From: an uncultured Clostridia bacterium
GTDB taxonomy: Bacteria > Bacillota > Clostridia > Christensenellales > Borkfalkiaceae
Direction of reading: 5' to 3'
Assembly: GCA_947625605.1 (NCBI GenBank)
Contig: CANQOY010000005.1
Span: forward strand, 3,206 to 67,205
DNA length: 64,000 nt
The first letter of the stretch is position 1. Each line of letters begins with the position of its first letter. A program made the translations under genes and the position numbers. Below, one piece after another: positions 17,423-27,103 of this stretch. A model generated the notes under the pieces. It was given only the letters and a program-made list of their open reading frames with translations, had not been told where the DNA came from and made no database searches.

Positions 17423-20035
17423 TTATTCCTGCGTTTTCGGAGGCTCATCCTCGGACATGGTGGCCTCGTTTTTGCTCTCCGCCTCATCGGGAGCACCCGC
17501 AAGTTCCTCGGGGGAGAGGTCTGCGGCGGTCTCTTCGGGAGCGGCGACCTCGGCCTCTTCGTCCTTCTCGGTGACGGCGACCGTCGCCACCGTGCCCTCG
17601 CGCACATTCATGAGACGCACCCCGCGGGAGGCCCTGCCGATGCGGGAGATGGCCTCGACGTGCATGCGGATGACGATGCCCGCGCTCGTCACGAGCATGG
17701 CGTCGTTCGTGTTGTCGGCCAGCTTCATGCACACGAGCGCGCCCGTCTTTTCGTTGAACGTGCCCGCCTTGATGCCCTTTGCCCCGCGCGCGGTGAGGCG
17801 GTATTCCGCGGGATCGGAGCGCTTGCCGTACCCCCTTTCGGTGACGGTGAGGATATCGTACCCCTCTTTGAGGACGAGCATGTCCACGACCGTGTCGCCC
17901 TCGGCGAGGTTGATGCCGCGCACGCCCATGGTGTCTCTGCCCATGGGGCGCACGTCCGTCTCATGGAAGCGGACGCACTTGCCGAAGCGCGAGGCAATGA
18001 CGATCTGGTCCTCGCCGCCCGCGAACTGCACCGAGATGAGCTCGTCGCCCTCCGTGATCTTGATGGCGATCTTTCCGTTCTTCATGATGCGCTCGAACTC
18101 GCTCGTCGCCGTCTTCTTGACGAGGCCGTTCTTCGTCGCCATGACGAGGTACCCCGTGCCGTTTTCCAGAACGGGCAAAAACGCTGCGATCTTCTCCCCC
18201 GCCGCCAGCTGGATGAGGTTGACCATCGCGCGGCCCCGCGCCTGCCTGTTGGCCTCGGGGATCATGTAGCCTTTGAGGGAATACACCTTGCCGAAGTTGG
18301 AGAAGAAGAGGATGTTGTGGTGCGTGGAACAGACGAACATCTGCTCGACGAAGTCCTCATCCTTGGGCTTGTGGCCCGTGATCCCCACGCCGCCGCGGTG
18401 CTGGGCCCTGTACTCCGCAAGCGGATAGCGCTTGACGTACCCGCCGTGCGTCATCGAAATGACGACGTCCTCCTCGTCGATGAGGTCTTCGTCTTCGATG
18501 TCGCCGTAATCCACGGAGACCTCCGTCCGCCGCTCGGAGGGATACTTCGCCTTGATGGCGATGAGGTCGTCGCGGATGATCTGCATCACGCGGCTCTCGT
18601 TGGCGAGAATGTCTTTGAGGTCCGCGATGGCCGCTTCGAGCGCTTCGAGTTCCTCCCTGAGCTTTTCCACTTCGAGAGAGGTGAGCCGCTGCAAGCGCAT
18701 TTCGAGGATGGCGTTGGCCTGCTTCTCGGAGAGTTCGAAGGAGGCGGTCAGCTTGTCGTTGGCGTCGTTCTTGTCCCGCGATTCCTTGATGATGCGGATG
18801 ACTTCGTCGATATTGGCGAGGGCGAGGACGAGCCCCGCGACGATGTGCGCGCGCTCCTCCGTCTTGCCGAGGTCGTACCGCGTGCGGCGGACGATGACTT
18901 CTTTCTGATGTTCGAGATAGTAGTAGAGGATGTCGCGGATGGTCAAATACCGCGGTTCGGTGCCGTTCTCGACGAGGGCGAGGAGGATGATGCCGTCCGA
19001 AACCTGCAAATTGGAGTGCTTGTAGAGGGTGTTCAGAACGACCTGCGCGTTTGCGTCCTTCTTGCATTCGATGACGATGCGCAGCCCCTCTCTGCCCGAT
19101 TCGTCGCGGATATCCGAGATACCTTCGATGCGTTTATCCTTGACCATGTCCGCGATCTGGATGATGAGTTGCGCCTTGTTGACCTGATAGGGGATCTCCG
19201 TGACGACGATGCGGGAGCGCGCGTTTGCGCCCGTGCCGTGCTCTTCGATCTCGCACTTGGAGCGGATGACGATGTTGCCCTGCCCCGTGCGGTACGCCTT
19301 GCGGATGCCGCTGCGGCCCATGATGACGCCCCCCGTGGGGAAGTCGGGCGCGGGAATGTACTCCATGAGTTCGTCTACGGTGATCTCGGGATTGTCGATC
19401 ATGGCGACCGTGCCGTCGATGACCTCGGCGAGGTTGTGGGGCGGGATATTCGTCGCCATGCCCACGGCGATGCCGTCCGACCCGTTGACGAGCAGGTTGG
19501 GGAAGCGGGCGGGGAGCACCGCAGGCTCCATCTCGATCCCGTCGAAGTTGGGGAAGAAATCCACCGTCTCCTTGTCGAGGTCGCGGAGCATTTCGGCGGC
19601 GAGCTTTGTGAGGCGCGCCTCGGTGTAACGCATGGCCGCGGGCGGATCTCCGTCCACCGAGCCGAAGTTGCCGTGGCCGTCTACGAGCGGGAAGTTGATG
19701 GAAAAGTCCTGCGCCAGACGGACGAGCGCGTCGTAGACCGAGCTGTCTCCGTGCGGATGGAACTTACCCATGACGTCGCCGACGATACGGGCGCACTTGC
19801 GGTAGGCCTTGTCGTTGTAGAGGCCCATCTCGTGCATGGCGTAGAGGATGCGCCGGTGGACGGGCTTCAAGCCGTCGCGCACGTCGGGGATGGCGCGGGA
19901 CTTGTTGACCGCCATCGCATAGGCGATGAAGGAACGCTTCAATTCGTCGTTGACCTCTACATCGAGGATCTTCGTCATTTCCAGCGTCTTTTTGAATTCT
20001 TCGGTGAGCTCGGGTGATGTTTCTCTCTTTGCCAT
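17423..20035 (-). CDS. gyrA: DNA gyrase subunit A
   Basis: 870 aa, active-site region [11 protein letters not shown]-terminal beta-pinwheel repeats and acidic tail. Confidence 0.97.
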   Translation of the reverse strand: MAKRETSPELTEEFKKTLEMTKILDVEVNDELKRSFIAYAMAVNKSRAIPDVRDGLKPVHRRILYAMHEMGLYNDKAYRKCARIVGDVMGKFHPHGDSSVYDALVRLAQDFSINFPLVDGHGNFGSVDGDPPAAMRYTEARLTKLAAEMLRDLDKETVDFFPNFDGIEMEPAVLPARFPNLLVNGSDGIAVGMATNIPPHNLAEVIDGTVAMIDNPEITVDELMEYIPAPDFPTGGVIMGRSGIRKAYRTGQGNIVIRSKCEIEEHGTGANARSRIVVTEIPYQVNKAQLIIQIADMVKDKRIEGISDIRDESGREGLRIVIECKKDANAQVVLNTLYKHSNLQVSDGIILLALVENGTEPRYLTIRDILYYYLEHQKEVIVRRTRYDLGKTEERAHIVAGLVLALANIDEVIRIIKESRDKNDANDKLTASFELSEKQANAILEMRLQRLTSLEVEKLREELEALEAAIADLKDILANESRVMQIIRDDLIAIKAKYPSERRTEVSVDYGDIEDEDLIDEEDVVISMTHGGYVKRYPLAEYRAQHRGGVGITGHKPKDEDFVEQMFVCSTHHNILFFSNFGKVYSLKGYMIPEANRQARGRAMVNLIQLAAGEKIAAFLPVLENGTGYLVMATKNGLVKKTATSEFERIMKNGKIAIKITEGDELISVQFAGGEDQIVIASRFGKCVRFHETDVRPMGRDTMGVRGINLAEGDTVVDMLVLKEGYDILTVTERGYGKRSDPAEYRLTARGAKGIKAGTFNEKTGALVCMKLADNTNDAMLVTSAGIVIRMHVEAISRIGRASRGVRLMNVREGTVATVAVTEKDEEAEVAAPEETAADLSPEELAGAPDEAESKNEATMSEDEPPKTQE

Positions 20036-20069
20036 ATCAATACTCCGAATTATTTTTTCTGAATGTCTC

Positions 20070-20540
20070 GGCGCCCCCTTGAGGGGGAGCTGTCTGCCCC
20101 GCAGACTGAGGGGGTGTTATTCCAATTCTAAATAATACAAGATCCTTTTCTTTACCTGTTCATAGTTGAATGCAACATCATAGTTCGATATCCTATAAAC
20201 AGAAATGCCGCGCTCTTTCAAAAAAGCATCGCGCCGAACATCGTATCGTTCCCCGTCCTCCTCAAAGTGCTGCGATCCGTCCAATTCAAGCGCAAGATTT
20301 TTTTGGGGACAATAGAAATCGACGACATAACAACCAAGCGCCTTTTGCCGCACGAACTTCACGGGAAGTTTGCGCAGAAATGTGTACCACAATTTCCGCT
20401 CTTCCTTTGTCATTGATTTTCGCAACGCTCGGGCGTTTTTGGTCAATTTCGGATTATATAAGTCGTTCATTTCTATGAGAACACCCCTTCCGTCGCGGCT
20501 TCGCCGCGCCACCCACCCCTCAAGGGGTGGGCAAGGGAGC
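20070..20540 (-). mobile_element. nested-palindrome repeat element carrying the DUF559 ORF (filled copy)
   Basis: Left arm 20070-20123 and right arm 20481-20540 match the adjacent arms at 12404-12527 and 39885-40104. The ORF occupies the junction. Confidence 0.5.
20117..20470 (-). CDS. DUF559 endonuclease-domain protein (Vsr-like fold), 117 aa
   Basis: NARALRKSMTKEERKLWYFLRK...VVDFYCPQKNLALELDGSQH...D..RD..L...G is the typical DUF559 pattern. The gene is visibly AT-richer than its flanks. ATG 20470. The stop lies inside the repeat arm. Confidence 0.8.
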   Translation of the reverse strand: MNDLYNPKLTKNARALRKSMTKEERKLWYTFLRKLPVKFVRQKALGCYVVDFYCPQKNLALELDGSQHFEEDGERYDVRRDAFLKERGISVYRISNYDVAFNYEQVKKRILYYLELE

Positions 20541-20561
20541 TTGATGTTCCGGCTCTCAAAA

Positions 20562-22475
20562 TCAGATATCCAGATCGGTCACCAGCGTGGCGTTCTCTTC
20601 GATGAACTGCCTGCGGAGGGCGGGGTTTTCTCCCATGAGCACGGAGAACATCTTGTCCGCCTCCACCGCGTCCTCCATCGACACCTTGATCAGCGTGCGC
20701 GTGGCAGGGTTCATCGTCGTGTCCCAGAGCTGTTCGGTGCTCATCTCGCCCAGACCCTTATAGCGCTGGTACTCCACCTTGTTGTTGTTCGCCGCGTCGA
20801 ACAGCGTCTTTTCCTCCTCGGAATAGAGGTACACGTCCTCCTTGCCCTTGACGCTCGCCTTATAGAGCGGCGGCTTGGCGGAATAGACATGCCCGTGCTC
20901 GATGAGCGGCCGCATGTAGCGGAAGAGGAAGGTGAGGAGCAGAATGCGGATGTGCGCGCCGTCCACATCGGCATCCGTCATGGAGATGATCCTGTCGTAG
21001 CGGAGCTTGCTCTCGTCGAAGTCGTCGAGGATCCCGCAGCCGAAGGCGGTGATCATCGCCTTGATCTCGGCGTTTTCGAGGGCGCGGTTGAGGCGCACCT
21101 TCTCCACGTTGAGGATCTTGCCGCGGAGGGGAAGAATGGCCTGAAAGCGCCTGTCTCTGCCCTGCTTCGCGGTGCCCCCTGCGGAGTCGCCCTCGACAAT
21201 GTAGATCTCGCACAGTTCGGGGCGCTTGTCCGAGCAGTCCGCAAGTTTCCCGGGGAGCGTCGTGGATTCGAGCACGCCCTTCCTGCGCGTGAGTTCGCGG
21301 GCGTTGCGGGCGGCGTCCCGCGCCTTCTGGGCCGTAATACAGCGCAAAACCAGCTCCCGCGCCTCGGAGGGATGCTCTTCGAGGTAGGTGCCGAACTTCT
21401 CCGCCACCGCCTTGGAAACGAATGGACGGATGAAGGAGTTGTTGAGTTTATCCTTGGTCTGCGATTCAAACTGCGCGTTTTCGAGTTTGACGGAGACCAC
21501 GGCCGTGATGCCCTCGCGCACGTCCTCGCCCGAGAGCTTGTCGCTCTCTTTGAGGATGTTCAGCTTCCTGCCCGCGTCGTTGATGACCTTGGTGAGGGCG
21601 AGTTTGAGGCCCTCGACGTGCGTCCCGCCGTCGATGGTGTTCACGTTGTTGGCATACGAGTAGATGACCTCGTTGTAGCTGTCGTTGTATTGCAGGGCGA
21701 TCTCGCAGACGGTGGTATCCTCCTGCGCCTCGAAGTACAGGGGCACCGAGAAGAGCTGCTCCTGCCCGCGGTTGAGCTCCTCCACGAGTTCGCGGATGCC
21801 GCCCTCGTAGAAGAAGCAATCCGACCTCTCATGGCCCTCGCGCCTGTCGGTGAGCGTAATGGTGAGGCCCTTGTTGAGGAAGGCGAGCTCTTTGAGGCGG
21901 ATTTTGAGCGTCTCATAGCGGAACACGATGGTCTCGAAGATCTCCGCGTCGGGATAGAACGTGACCTTGGTGCCCGTGGCAGAAGTGTCTCCGACGATCT
22001 GCAACGCCCTCTGCGGCACGCCGCGGTTGTAGACCTGTTTGTAGACGTGGCCGTTCTGGTAGACCTCGACTTCGAGCCACTCCGAGAGCGCGTTGACCGC
22101 CTTCACGCCCACGCCGTGCAGACCCGAGGAGACCTTGTAGCCGGAATCTCCGCCGAACTTGCCGCCCGCGTTGACCTTGGTAAAGACGACTTCCACCGTC
22201 GAGATGCCCTCCTTGGGGTGGATCTCGGTGGGGATCCCGCGGCCGTTATCCACGACGGTGCAGGAGCCGTCTGCGTTGACGGTGACGTCCACGCGGTCGC
22301 AGTAGCCCGCGAGCGCTTCGTCGATGGAGTTGTCAACGACCTCGTTGACGAGGTGATGGAGCCCCTTCTCGTCCGTGGAACTGATATACATCCCCGGGCG
22401 CTTGCGGATGTGTTCCAACCCGTCGAGGACCTGAATTTGTTCCGCACCGTATGCTGCTTCTACTTTTTCCGGCAT
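20562..22475 (-). CDS. gyrB: DNA gyrase subunit B
   Basis: GHKL ATPase motif GLHHLVNEVVDNSIDEA, TOPRIM EIYIVEGDSAGG, PLRGKILNVEK. ATG 22475 with SD GGAAGGAGC. Confidence 0.97.
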   Translation of the reverse strand: MPEKVEAAYGAEQIQVLDGLEHIRKRPGMYISSTDEKGLHHLVNEVVDNSIDEALAGYCDRVDVTVNADGSCTVVDNGRGIPTEIHPKEGISTVEVVFTKVNAGGKFGGDSGYKVSSGLHGVGVKAVNALSEWLEVEVYQNGHVYKQVYNRGVPQRALQIVGDTSATGTKVTFYPDAEIFETIVFRYETLKIRLKELAFLNKGLTITLTDRREGHERSDCFFYEGGIRELVEELNRGQEQLFSVPLYFEAQEDTTVCEIALQYNDSYNEVIYSYANNVNTIDGGTHVEGLKLALTKVINDAGRKLNILKESDKLSGEDVREGITAVVSVKLENAQFESQTKDKLNNSFIRPFVSKAVAEKFGTYLEEHPSEARELVLRCITAQKARDAARNARELTRRKGVLESTTLPGKLADCSDKRPELCEIYIVEGDSAGGTAKQGRDRRFQAILPLRGKILNVEKVRLNRALENAEIKAMITAFGCGILDDFDESKLRYDRIISMTDADVDGAHIRILLLTFLFRYMRPLIEHGHVYSAKPPLYKASVKGKEDVYLYSEEEKTLFDAANNNKVEYQRYKGLGEMSTEQLWDTTMNPATRTLIKVSMEDAVEADKMFSVLMGENPALRRQFIEENATLVTDLDI

Positions 22476-22730
22476 ATCCTTGCTCCTTCCGAAGCGCACT
22501 CCTGCGCTCCGAACATAATTAACGATATAGTATTATATATACTAAATGCGCACGCGCACGCGCGCGAGACAAAATTATTATAGCACGAAAATTGCGCGTT
22601 GTAAACCCCCTGCGGAAACTTTTTCCTACAAAAAGATGAAAAAATGGGGCTCCCGCCCATAAATCGGGCGGGAGCCCCCACCGAAAAACCGCCTGCATGG
22701 CGGGATCTGCCGATACAAATTCCGGCGGCG

Positions 22731-23666
22731 CTACGCGCGGAAGATCTCCCCGGCGAGCGCGGCGACCTCGTCCGTCGTCTCCGCGGCGAAGAGCTGCGTC
22801 TTCCACCTGTTCGCGCCGGGACGGCCCTTGATGTAAAACGCCGCCATCTTGCGCATGTGGACGCAGGCGAACCGCTCGCCGTAGAGTGCCCTTGTCTCTT
22901 CGAGCTGGCGCGCAAACAGCGCCCCGAGGGGCGGCGCCGCGCGGCCCGTGAGGTCGGCGAAGATCGTGGGGCGGTAGAGGGCGGCGCGGGCGATCATCAC
23001 GCCGTCCGCACCCGTCCGCTCGAACATCTCCCGCACGTCCCTCTCGTTCCAGAGATCGCCGTTGGCGATGAGCGGGATCTTCACCGCAGCCTTGGCCGCC
23101 GCGATCTCGGCATGGTCGCAGGGGCCCGCGTAGATCTTGTCCCGCGTCCTGCCGTGAACGGTGACCATGGCCGCGCCCGCTCCCTCGCACATCCTCGCAA
23201 ATTCGGCCGTGACCTTGTGCGCCGCGTCCACGCCCGTCCGAAATTTCACCGAGATGCGCTTGCCGCTCTTGACGCACGCCGCCACGATCTTTTCCGCAAG
23301 GGGGAGGTTTTCGAGCAGCGCGCTCCCCTCGCCGTTGCGCGTCACTTTGGGCATGGGGCAGCCCATGTTCAGGTCGATGAGGTCGAAAGGCGCAAGCGCC
23401 TCGCTCTCGCAGGCCTCCCGCATGATCTCGGGGTCGCTGCCGAAGATCTGCGCCGCCTTGGGCGCCTCCTCCCCGCAAAGGAGCAGGGACTTCGTCTCCG
23501 CGTTCTTGTAGTGGAGCCCCTTTGCGCTCACCATCTCGGTGAACGTGAGCCCCGCGCCCAAATCTCGGCACATGGTGCGGAACGGAAGATTGGTGTAGCC
23601 CGCAAGCGGCGCGAGAAAGACGTTGTTCGGGCATACCATGCCCGCGATATTGAGCTCGTGGATCAC
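22731..23666 (-). CDS. dusB: tRNA-dihydrouridine synthase
   Basis: FLAPLAGYTNLPFR and DLNMGCP motifs. GTG start overlaps the yabN stop (GTGA). Confidence 0.85.
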   Translation of the reverse strand: MIHELNIAGMVCPNNVFLAPLAGYTNLPFRTMCRDLGAGLTFTEMVSAKGLHYKNAETKSLLLCGEEAPKAAQIFGSDPEIMREACESEALAPFDLIDLNMGCPMPKVTRNGEGSALLENLPLAEKIVAACVKSGKRISVKFRTGVDAAHKVTAEFARMCEGAGAAMVTVHGRTRDKIYAGPCDHAEIAAAKAAVKIPLIANGDLWNERDVREMFERTGADGVMIARAALYRPTIFADLTGRAAPPLGALFARQLEETRALYGERFACVHMRKMAAFYIKGRPGANRWKTQLFAAETTDEVAALAGEIFRA

Positions 23667-25054
23667 GCTTTGGCCCTTTCGTAGTACGCGAGTTTCTCCG
23701 CTTCGGAGAGCGCGTTCACGTCCTTGCCGTCCGCCCGCACGAGGGCTTCGTAGGCGGTGTAGCGCGCCTGCATCTTCTTCACCGTATCGAGGAGCGCCTC
23801 CTCGCAGTCCGCCCCGACCGCTCTGCCGAGTTCGACGGCGCAGAACAGGACGTCGCCGAGCTCCTCCGAAATGTGCGCCTTGTCGCCCGAGGCGAGGGCC
23901 TCTTTGAGCTCCGCGTACTCCTCGCGGAACTTCTTCTCGAAGTTCTCAACCGTGGCCGCGTCCCAGCCGCCCTTCTGCATGCGCCTTGCGATCTTCTGCG
24001 CCCTCAGCAGGGCGGGAAAGCACGTGGGAACGTCGTTCACCGCGTCCGAATAGGTCTCCTGCCCTTTCTCTTTCATCTTGTTCTTTTCCCAGACGGAGAG
24101 GGCGCCGTCCGCGCTTGCGGCCCTGTCTTTCCCAAAGACATGGGTATGCCGCGTGATGAGTTTTTCACAGACAGCGGTAACCATGTCCGAGACGGTGAAG
24201 CCGCCGCGCTCCTCCTCGATGAGGGCGTGGAAAGCCGCCTGCATGAGGACGTCCCCCGTCTCTTCGAGCATCCGCGCGGGGTCCTGCCTGTCGATCGCGT
24301 CAACGAGCTCGTACGCCTCCTCGATGCAGTTGATGCGGATGGATTCGTGCGTCTGCGCCCTGTCCCACGGGCAGCCGTCCGGGGCGCGCAGCCGCTTCAA
24401 GATCGCGATGAAGTCCTCGAAATCGTACTTCTTCCTTTCGAGAAGGGGGCGCTCGGGGATGACGAGCGCGCAGTCGGCGCCGTATTTCCTGCGGTCAGCC
24501 TCATAGAGAGAGATGGTCTCGCACTCGTCGCCGTGGATGTAGTAGGCGGGCGCCTCGTCGCCGTACCTCTCGGTGAGCAGCAGCTTGACGTCGCCGCGGA
24601 AGGCGGGCGTGATATCGTACACGACGAGGGGAAGGGCGAGCTTCTTCTCCGCGAGATCGAAGGCGGAGACGGCCGTGTATCCCCCGAAGAGCTTCGCCTT
24701 CGCCGCGAACGCCGCGCCCTTGGAGTTGCCGTCGATGACGGTCACCCCCCTCCCTTCGAGCAGAATGCGGGCGGCCGTGTCCTCTAAAACGCTGCCGTCC
24801 ACGCAGTAGCAGACGCGCTTGTCCTTTGCGTGCGAGCGGATCTCGCGTGCGATATTCTTTGCGAGCGTATCGTAATTGCGGCTCCTGCGGTAGAGCGCGT
24901 CAAAGGTGAAATAGGGAATGCCCTCTTCATCCAGCGTCTCCGCCGAGGGCAGACCGCTTGTGCGCACGCAGACTTCGTCCGCTTCCCTGAGGGCTCTGAG
25001 CCCCTTGAGGGAGAGATCCCCCTTTTCCGTTCCCAAACTCACAATGGTTATCAT
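23663..25054 (-). CDS. YabN-type fusion: tetrapyrrole-methylase-like N-domain + MazG NTP pyrophosphohydrolase
   Basis: ITIVSLG N-terminus. Tandem MazG motifs (EEAYELVDAI, EELGDVLF). SD GGGAGA. Synteny spoVT-yabM-yabN as in Bacillus. Confidence 0.85.
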   Translation of the reverse strand: MITIVSLGTEKGDLSLKGLRALREADEVCVRTSGLPSAETLDEEGIPYFTFDALYRRSRNYDTLAKNIAREIRSHAKDKRVCYCVDGSVLEDTAARILLEGRGVTVIDGNSKGAAFAAKAKLFGGYTAVSAFDLAEKKLALPLVVYDITPAFRGDVKLLLTERYGDEAPAYYIHGDECETISLYEADRRKYGADCALVIPERPLLERKKYDFEDFIAILKRLRAPDGCPWDRAQTHESIRINCIEEAYELVDAIDRQDPARMLEETGDVLMQAAFHALIEEERGGFTVSDMVTAVCEKLITRHTHVFGKDRAASADGALSVWEKNKMKEKGQETYSDAVNDVPTCFPALLRAQKIARRMQKGGWDAATVENFEKKFREEYAELKEALASGDKAHISEELGDVLFCAVELGRAVGADCEEALLDTVKKMQARYTAYEALVRADGKDVNALSEAEKLAYYERAKA

Positions 25055-26366
25055 ATGCTTTCTCCCTTTTGGACTTTTTTACAGTATATAACAAATCCAG
25101 AGAAAAAGCAATCAAATAACAGGCATTTGAAGCAATTGCCGCGCCGTCGATGCCGAAGGCGGGAGATGAGATGAGGACGTATTGCAGGGAAAACTTCACG
25201 GCCACAGCGAACAGCATGGAGAGCGCCGCGTGTTTTGCCCTACCCATGCCTGCGAGACAGGCCGCCAAAGTGTCCGTTCCCGCAAGCGTCATCGCCGAAA
25301 CGGCGGAGAGGCGGATGAGGCGCACGAGGGTGGCGGCGTCATTTGCGGAGAGGGAGGAATAGAGCAGGGAGACGATGGGTCCGGCCAAGACGAACAGCCC
25401 GACGGCGCAGGGCAGCGAGAGGAGCAGGGTGAGCCCCAAAGAAAAGAGCGCGCGCCGCTTGCCCTCCTCCTCATCCCCCTGTGCGCACGCGCGGGCAACG
25501 AGGGGGACGGAGGCGGCGGCAAACCCGTAGCAGACGGTTGCTGGCAGACTGACGAGGGCGACCGCCCCGCCCGTAAAGAGCCCGTACAGGGAGACGGCCC
25601 GCGCCGAGTAGTTTGAGAGCAGGCGCACGATCATGACGGAATCCACCGTCTGCGAGAGCGGCAGGAGTGCGGAAGAGGCCATGACGGGAATGGCGGCGGA
25701 GAGGATCTCCGTCCCGCGGACGCGGCGGCAGCGCACCGTCCGCGCGCGCGGCTCGCGGCGGTAGCGAAGCAGCAGAAAGAGCATGGCCGCGGCCTCCGAC
25801 GCGGTGACCGCAAGCAGGGTGCATGCAACCGCGAGGGCGGGGGCATGTCTGAACCTATACGCCAAAATCAGCCCCGCGCCCGCCTTGACGACCTGTTCGA
25901 TGACCTCGGATACGGCCGTGGGCGCCATGTTGTTTTTTCCCTGAAAATACCCCCTCAAAACCGCGATGAGGGCGACGAGAAAGACGGAGGGAGACAGGGC
26001 AATGTAGCAGAGAAACAGCTTTCCGTCCCCTTGCAGGGCCGCCATGTGCGGCGCGAAGAGGCACATGAGGAGCGTCCCCGCCGCCCCGATGAGGGCAAAG
26101 AGTTTGAGCGCCGTCTTTACCGTCGTCCCGTCCTCCGCGCCCCGCACGGTCTCGCGCGCGATCATGCGGGAAAACGCCGACGGGATCCCCGCCGACGAGA
26201 ATGTCAGGAGCACGCAGAAGAGCGGATAGGACATCTGGTACAGCCCCATGCCGTACCCGCCCAAGAGGTCCATGAGCGGAATGCGGTACAGCGCGCCGAT
26301 CCCCTTTGCGATCAGCCCGCCCGCCGTGAGCAGCACAACGCTTTTGAGGAAGGTGGAGTGTTTCAT
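24927..26366 (-). CDS. MOP-superfamily flippase (SpoVB/YabM-like polysaccharide/lipid II exporter)
   Basis: N-terminus LLTAGGLIAKGIGALYRIPL, about 12-14 TM segments. The 3' 128 nt overlap yabN. Confidence 0.75.
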   Translation of the reverse strand: MKHSTFLKSVVLLTAGGLIAKGIGALYRIPLMDLLGGYGMGLYQMSYPLFCVLLTFSSAGIPSAFSRMIARETVRGAEDGTTVKTALKLFALIGAAGTLLMCLFAPHMAALQGDGKLFLCYIALSPSVFLVALIAVLRGYFQGKNNMAPTAVSEVIEQVVKAGAGLILAYRFRHAPALAVACTLLAVTASEAAAMLFLLLRYRREPRARTVRCRRVRGTEILSAAIPVMASSALLPLSQTVDSVMIVRLLSNYSARAVSLYGLFTGGAVALVSLPATVCYGFAAASVPLVARACAQGDEEEGKRRALFSLGLTLLLSLPCAVGLFVLAGPIVSLLYSSLSANDAATLVRLIRLSAVSAMTLAGTDTLAACLAGMGRAKHAALSMLFAVAVKFSLQYVLISSPAFGIDGAAIASNACYLIAFSLDLLYTVKKSKREKAYDNHCEFGNGKGGSLPQGAQSPQGSGRSLRAHKRSALGGDAG

Positions 26367-26423
26367 TATGTACGGCCGAAAGGGCGGCGGGCTTCCCCCG
26401 CCCCTCCGGACGCCGCCCGCCGC

Positions 26424-26969
26424 TCACTCGAATTGGTTGGCGATGATGTCCGCCGTCAGCCTTGCCAGCTTGACGGCATTGCTCTCCATGAGCGCGCCCT
26501 CCTCCGAGGAGAGCAGCACGACCGACCCGAGGCAGTCTCCGTTCGAGACGATGGGCACCATGATCTGGGCGGTGAACTTATTTTCGTCGTCTACCGTGAC
26601 GGGATAGATCTCCCCGCCCTCCGATCTCGAAGCGGCATAGCTCCTCCTCGACGTCATGATCTCCGTGAGCCGCTCGGAGACCGTCTTGCCGACCAGCCCT
26701 TTCTTCCCCGTGCCGTACGCCGCGAGCACGACGTCGTTATCCGTGATCAGCGCGAGATGGCCGCTCTGCTCGTTGAGGGACTTTGCCGTCCCCTCGGCGA
26801 ACCGCTCCACCGAGGCGATGGGCGAGTACTTTTTGAGCATGAGCTCGTCGCGGTCTGTGAAGAGTTCGAGAGGATCTCCCTCGCGGATCCTGAGCGTCCG
26901 TCTGATCTCCTTCGGGATGACCACCCTCCCCAGCTCGTCGATCCGCCTCACGATTCCCGTTGCTTTCAT
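26424..26969 (-). CDS. spoVT: stage V sporulation protein T (AbrB-family regulator)
   Basis: Swapped-hairpin N-terminus TGIVRRIDELGRVVIPKEIRRTLRIREGDPLE plus GAF-like C-domain. ATG 26969 with SD GGAGG. Confidence 0.85.
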   Translation of the reverse strand: MKATGIVRRIDELGRVVIPKEIRRTLRIREGDPLELFTDRDELMLKKYSPIASVERFAEGTAKSLNEQSGHLALITDNDVVLAAYGTGKKGLVGKTVSERLTEIMTSRRSYAASRSEGGEIYPVTVDDENKFTAQIMVPIVSNGDCLGSVVLLSSEEGALMESNAVKLARLTADIIANQFE

Positions 26970-27103
26970 AAAAAAACCTCCGTATATCTTCATTATGCGG
27001 AGGTTGAGAATTATTATGCGAAGCGATGTCCCCGATGGGGAAAGACGGGCTATGCGGCCACCATGTCCGCGATCTTGGGCTCGGAAACGCGGCGAAGCGC
27101 AAC

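Noticed and set aside
17660-20017. 785-aa ORF on the plus strand. Similar very long ORFs lie at 20370..22583, 30613..32520, 34453..36318 and 51614..55075.
   Set aside because: Each is exactly antisense to an unmistakable conserved gene (gyrA, gyrB, uvrB, glnS, alaS+cysS). Each has the Arg/Gly/Ala/Asp/His-rich composition typical of stop-free antisense frames in high-G+C DNA. None shows a recognisable motif or SD.
22546-22566. Alternating purine-pyrimidine tract GCGCACGCGCACGCGCGCG (Z-DNA-prone) upstream of gyrB
   Set aside because: It is a short, single occurrence in GC-rich DNA, and there is no evidence of function beyond composition.
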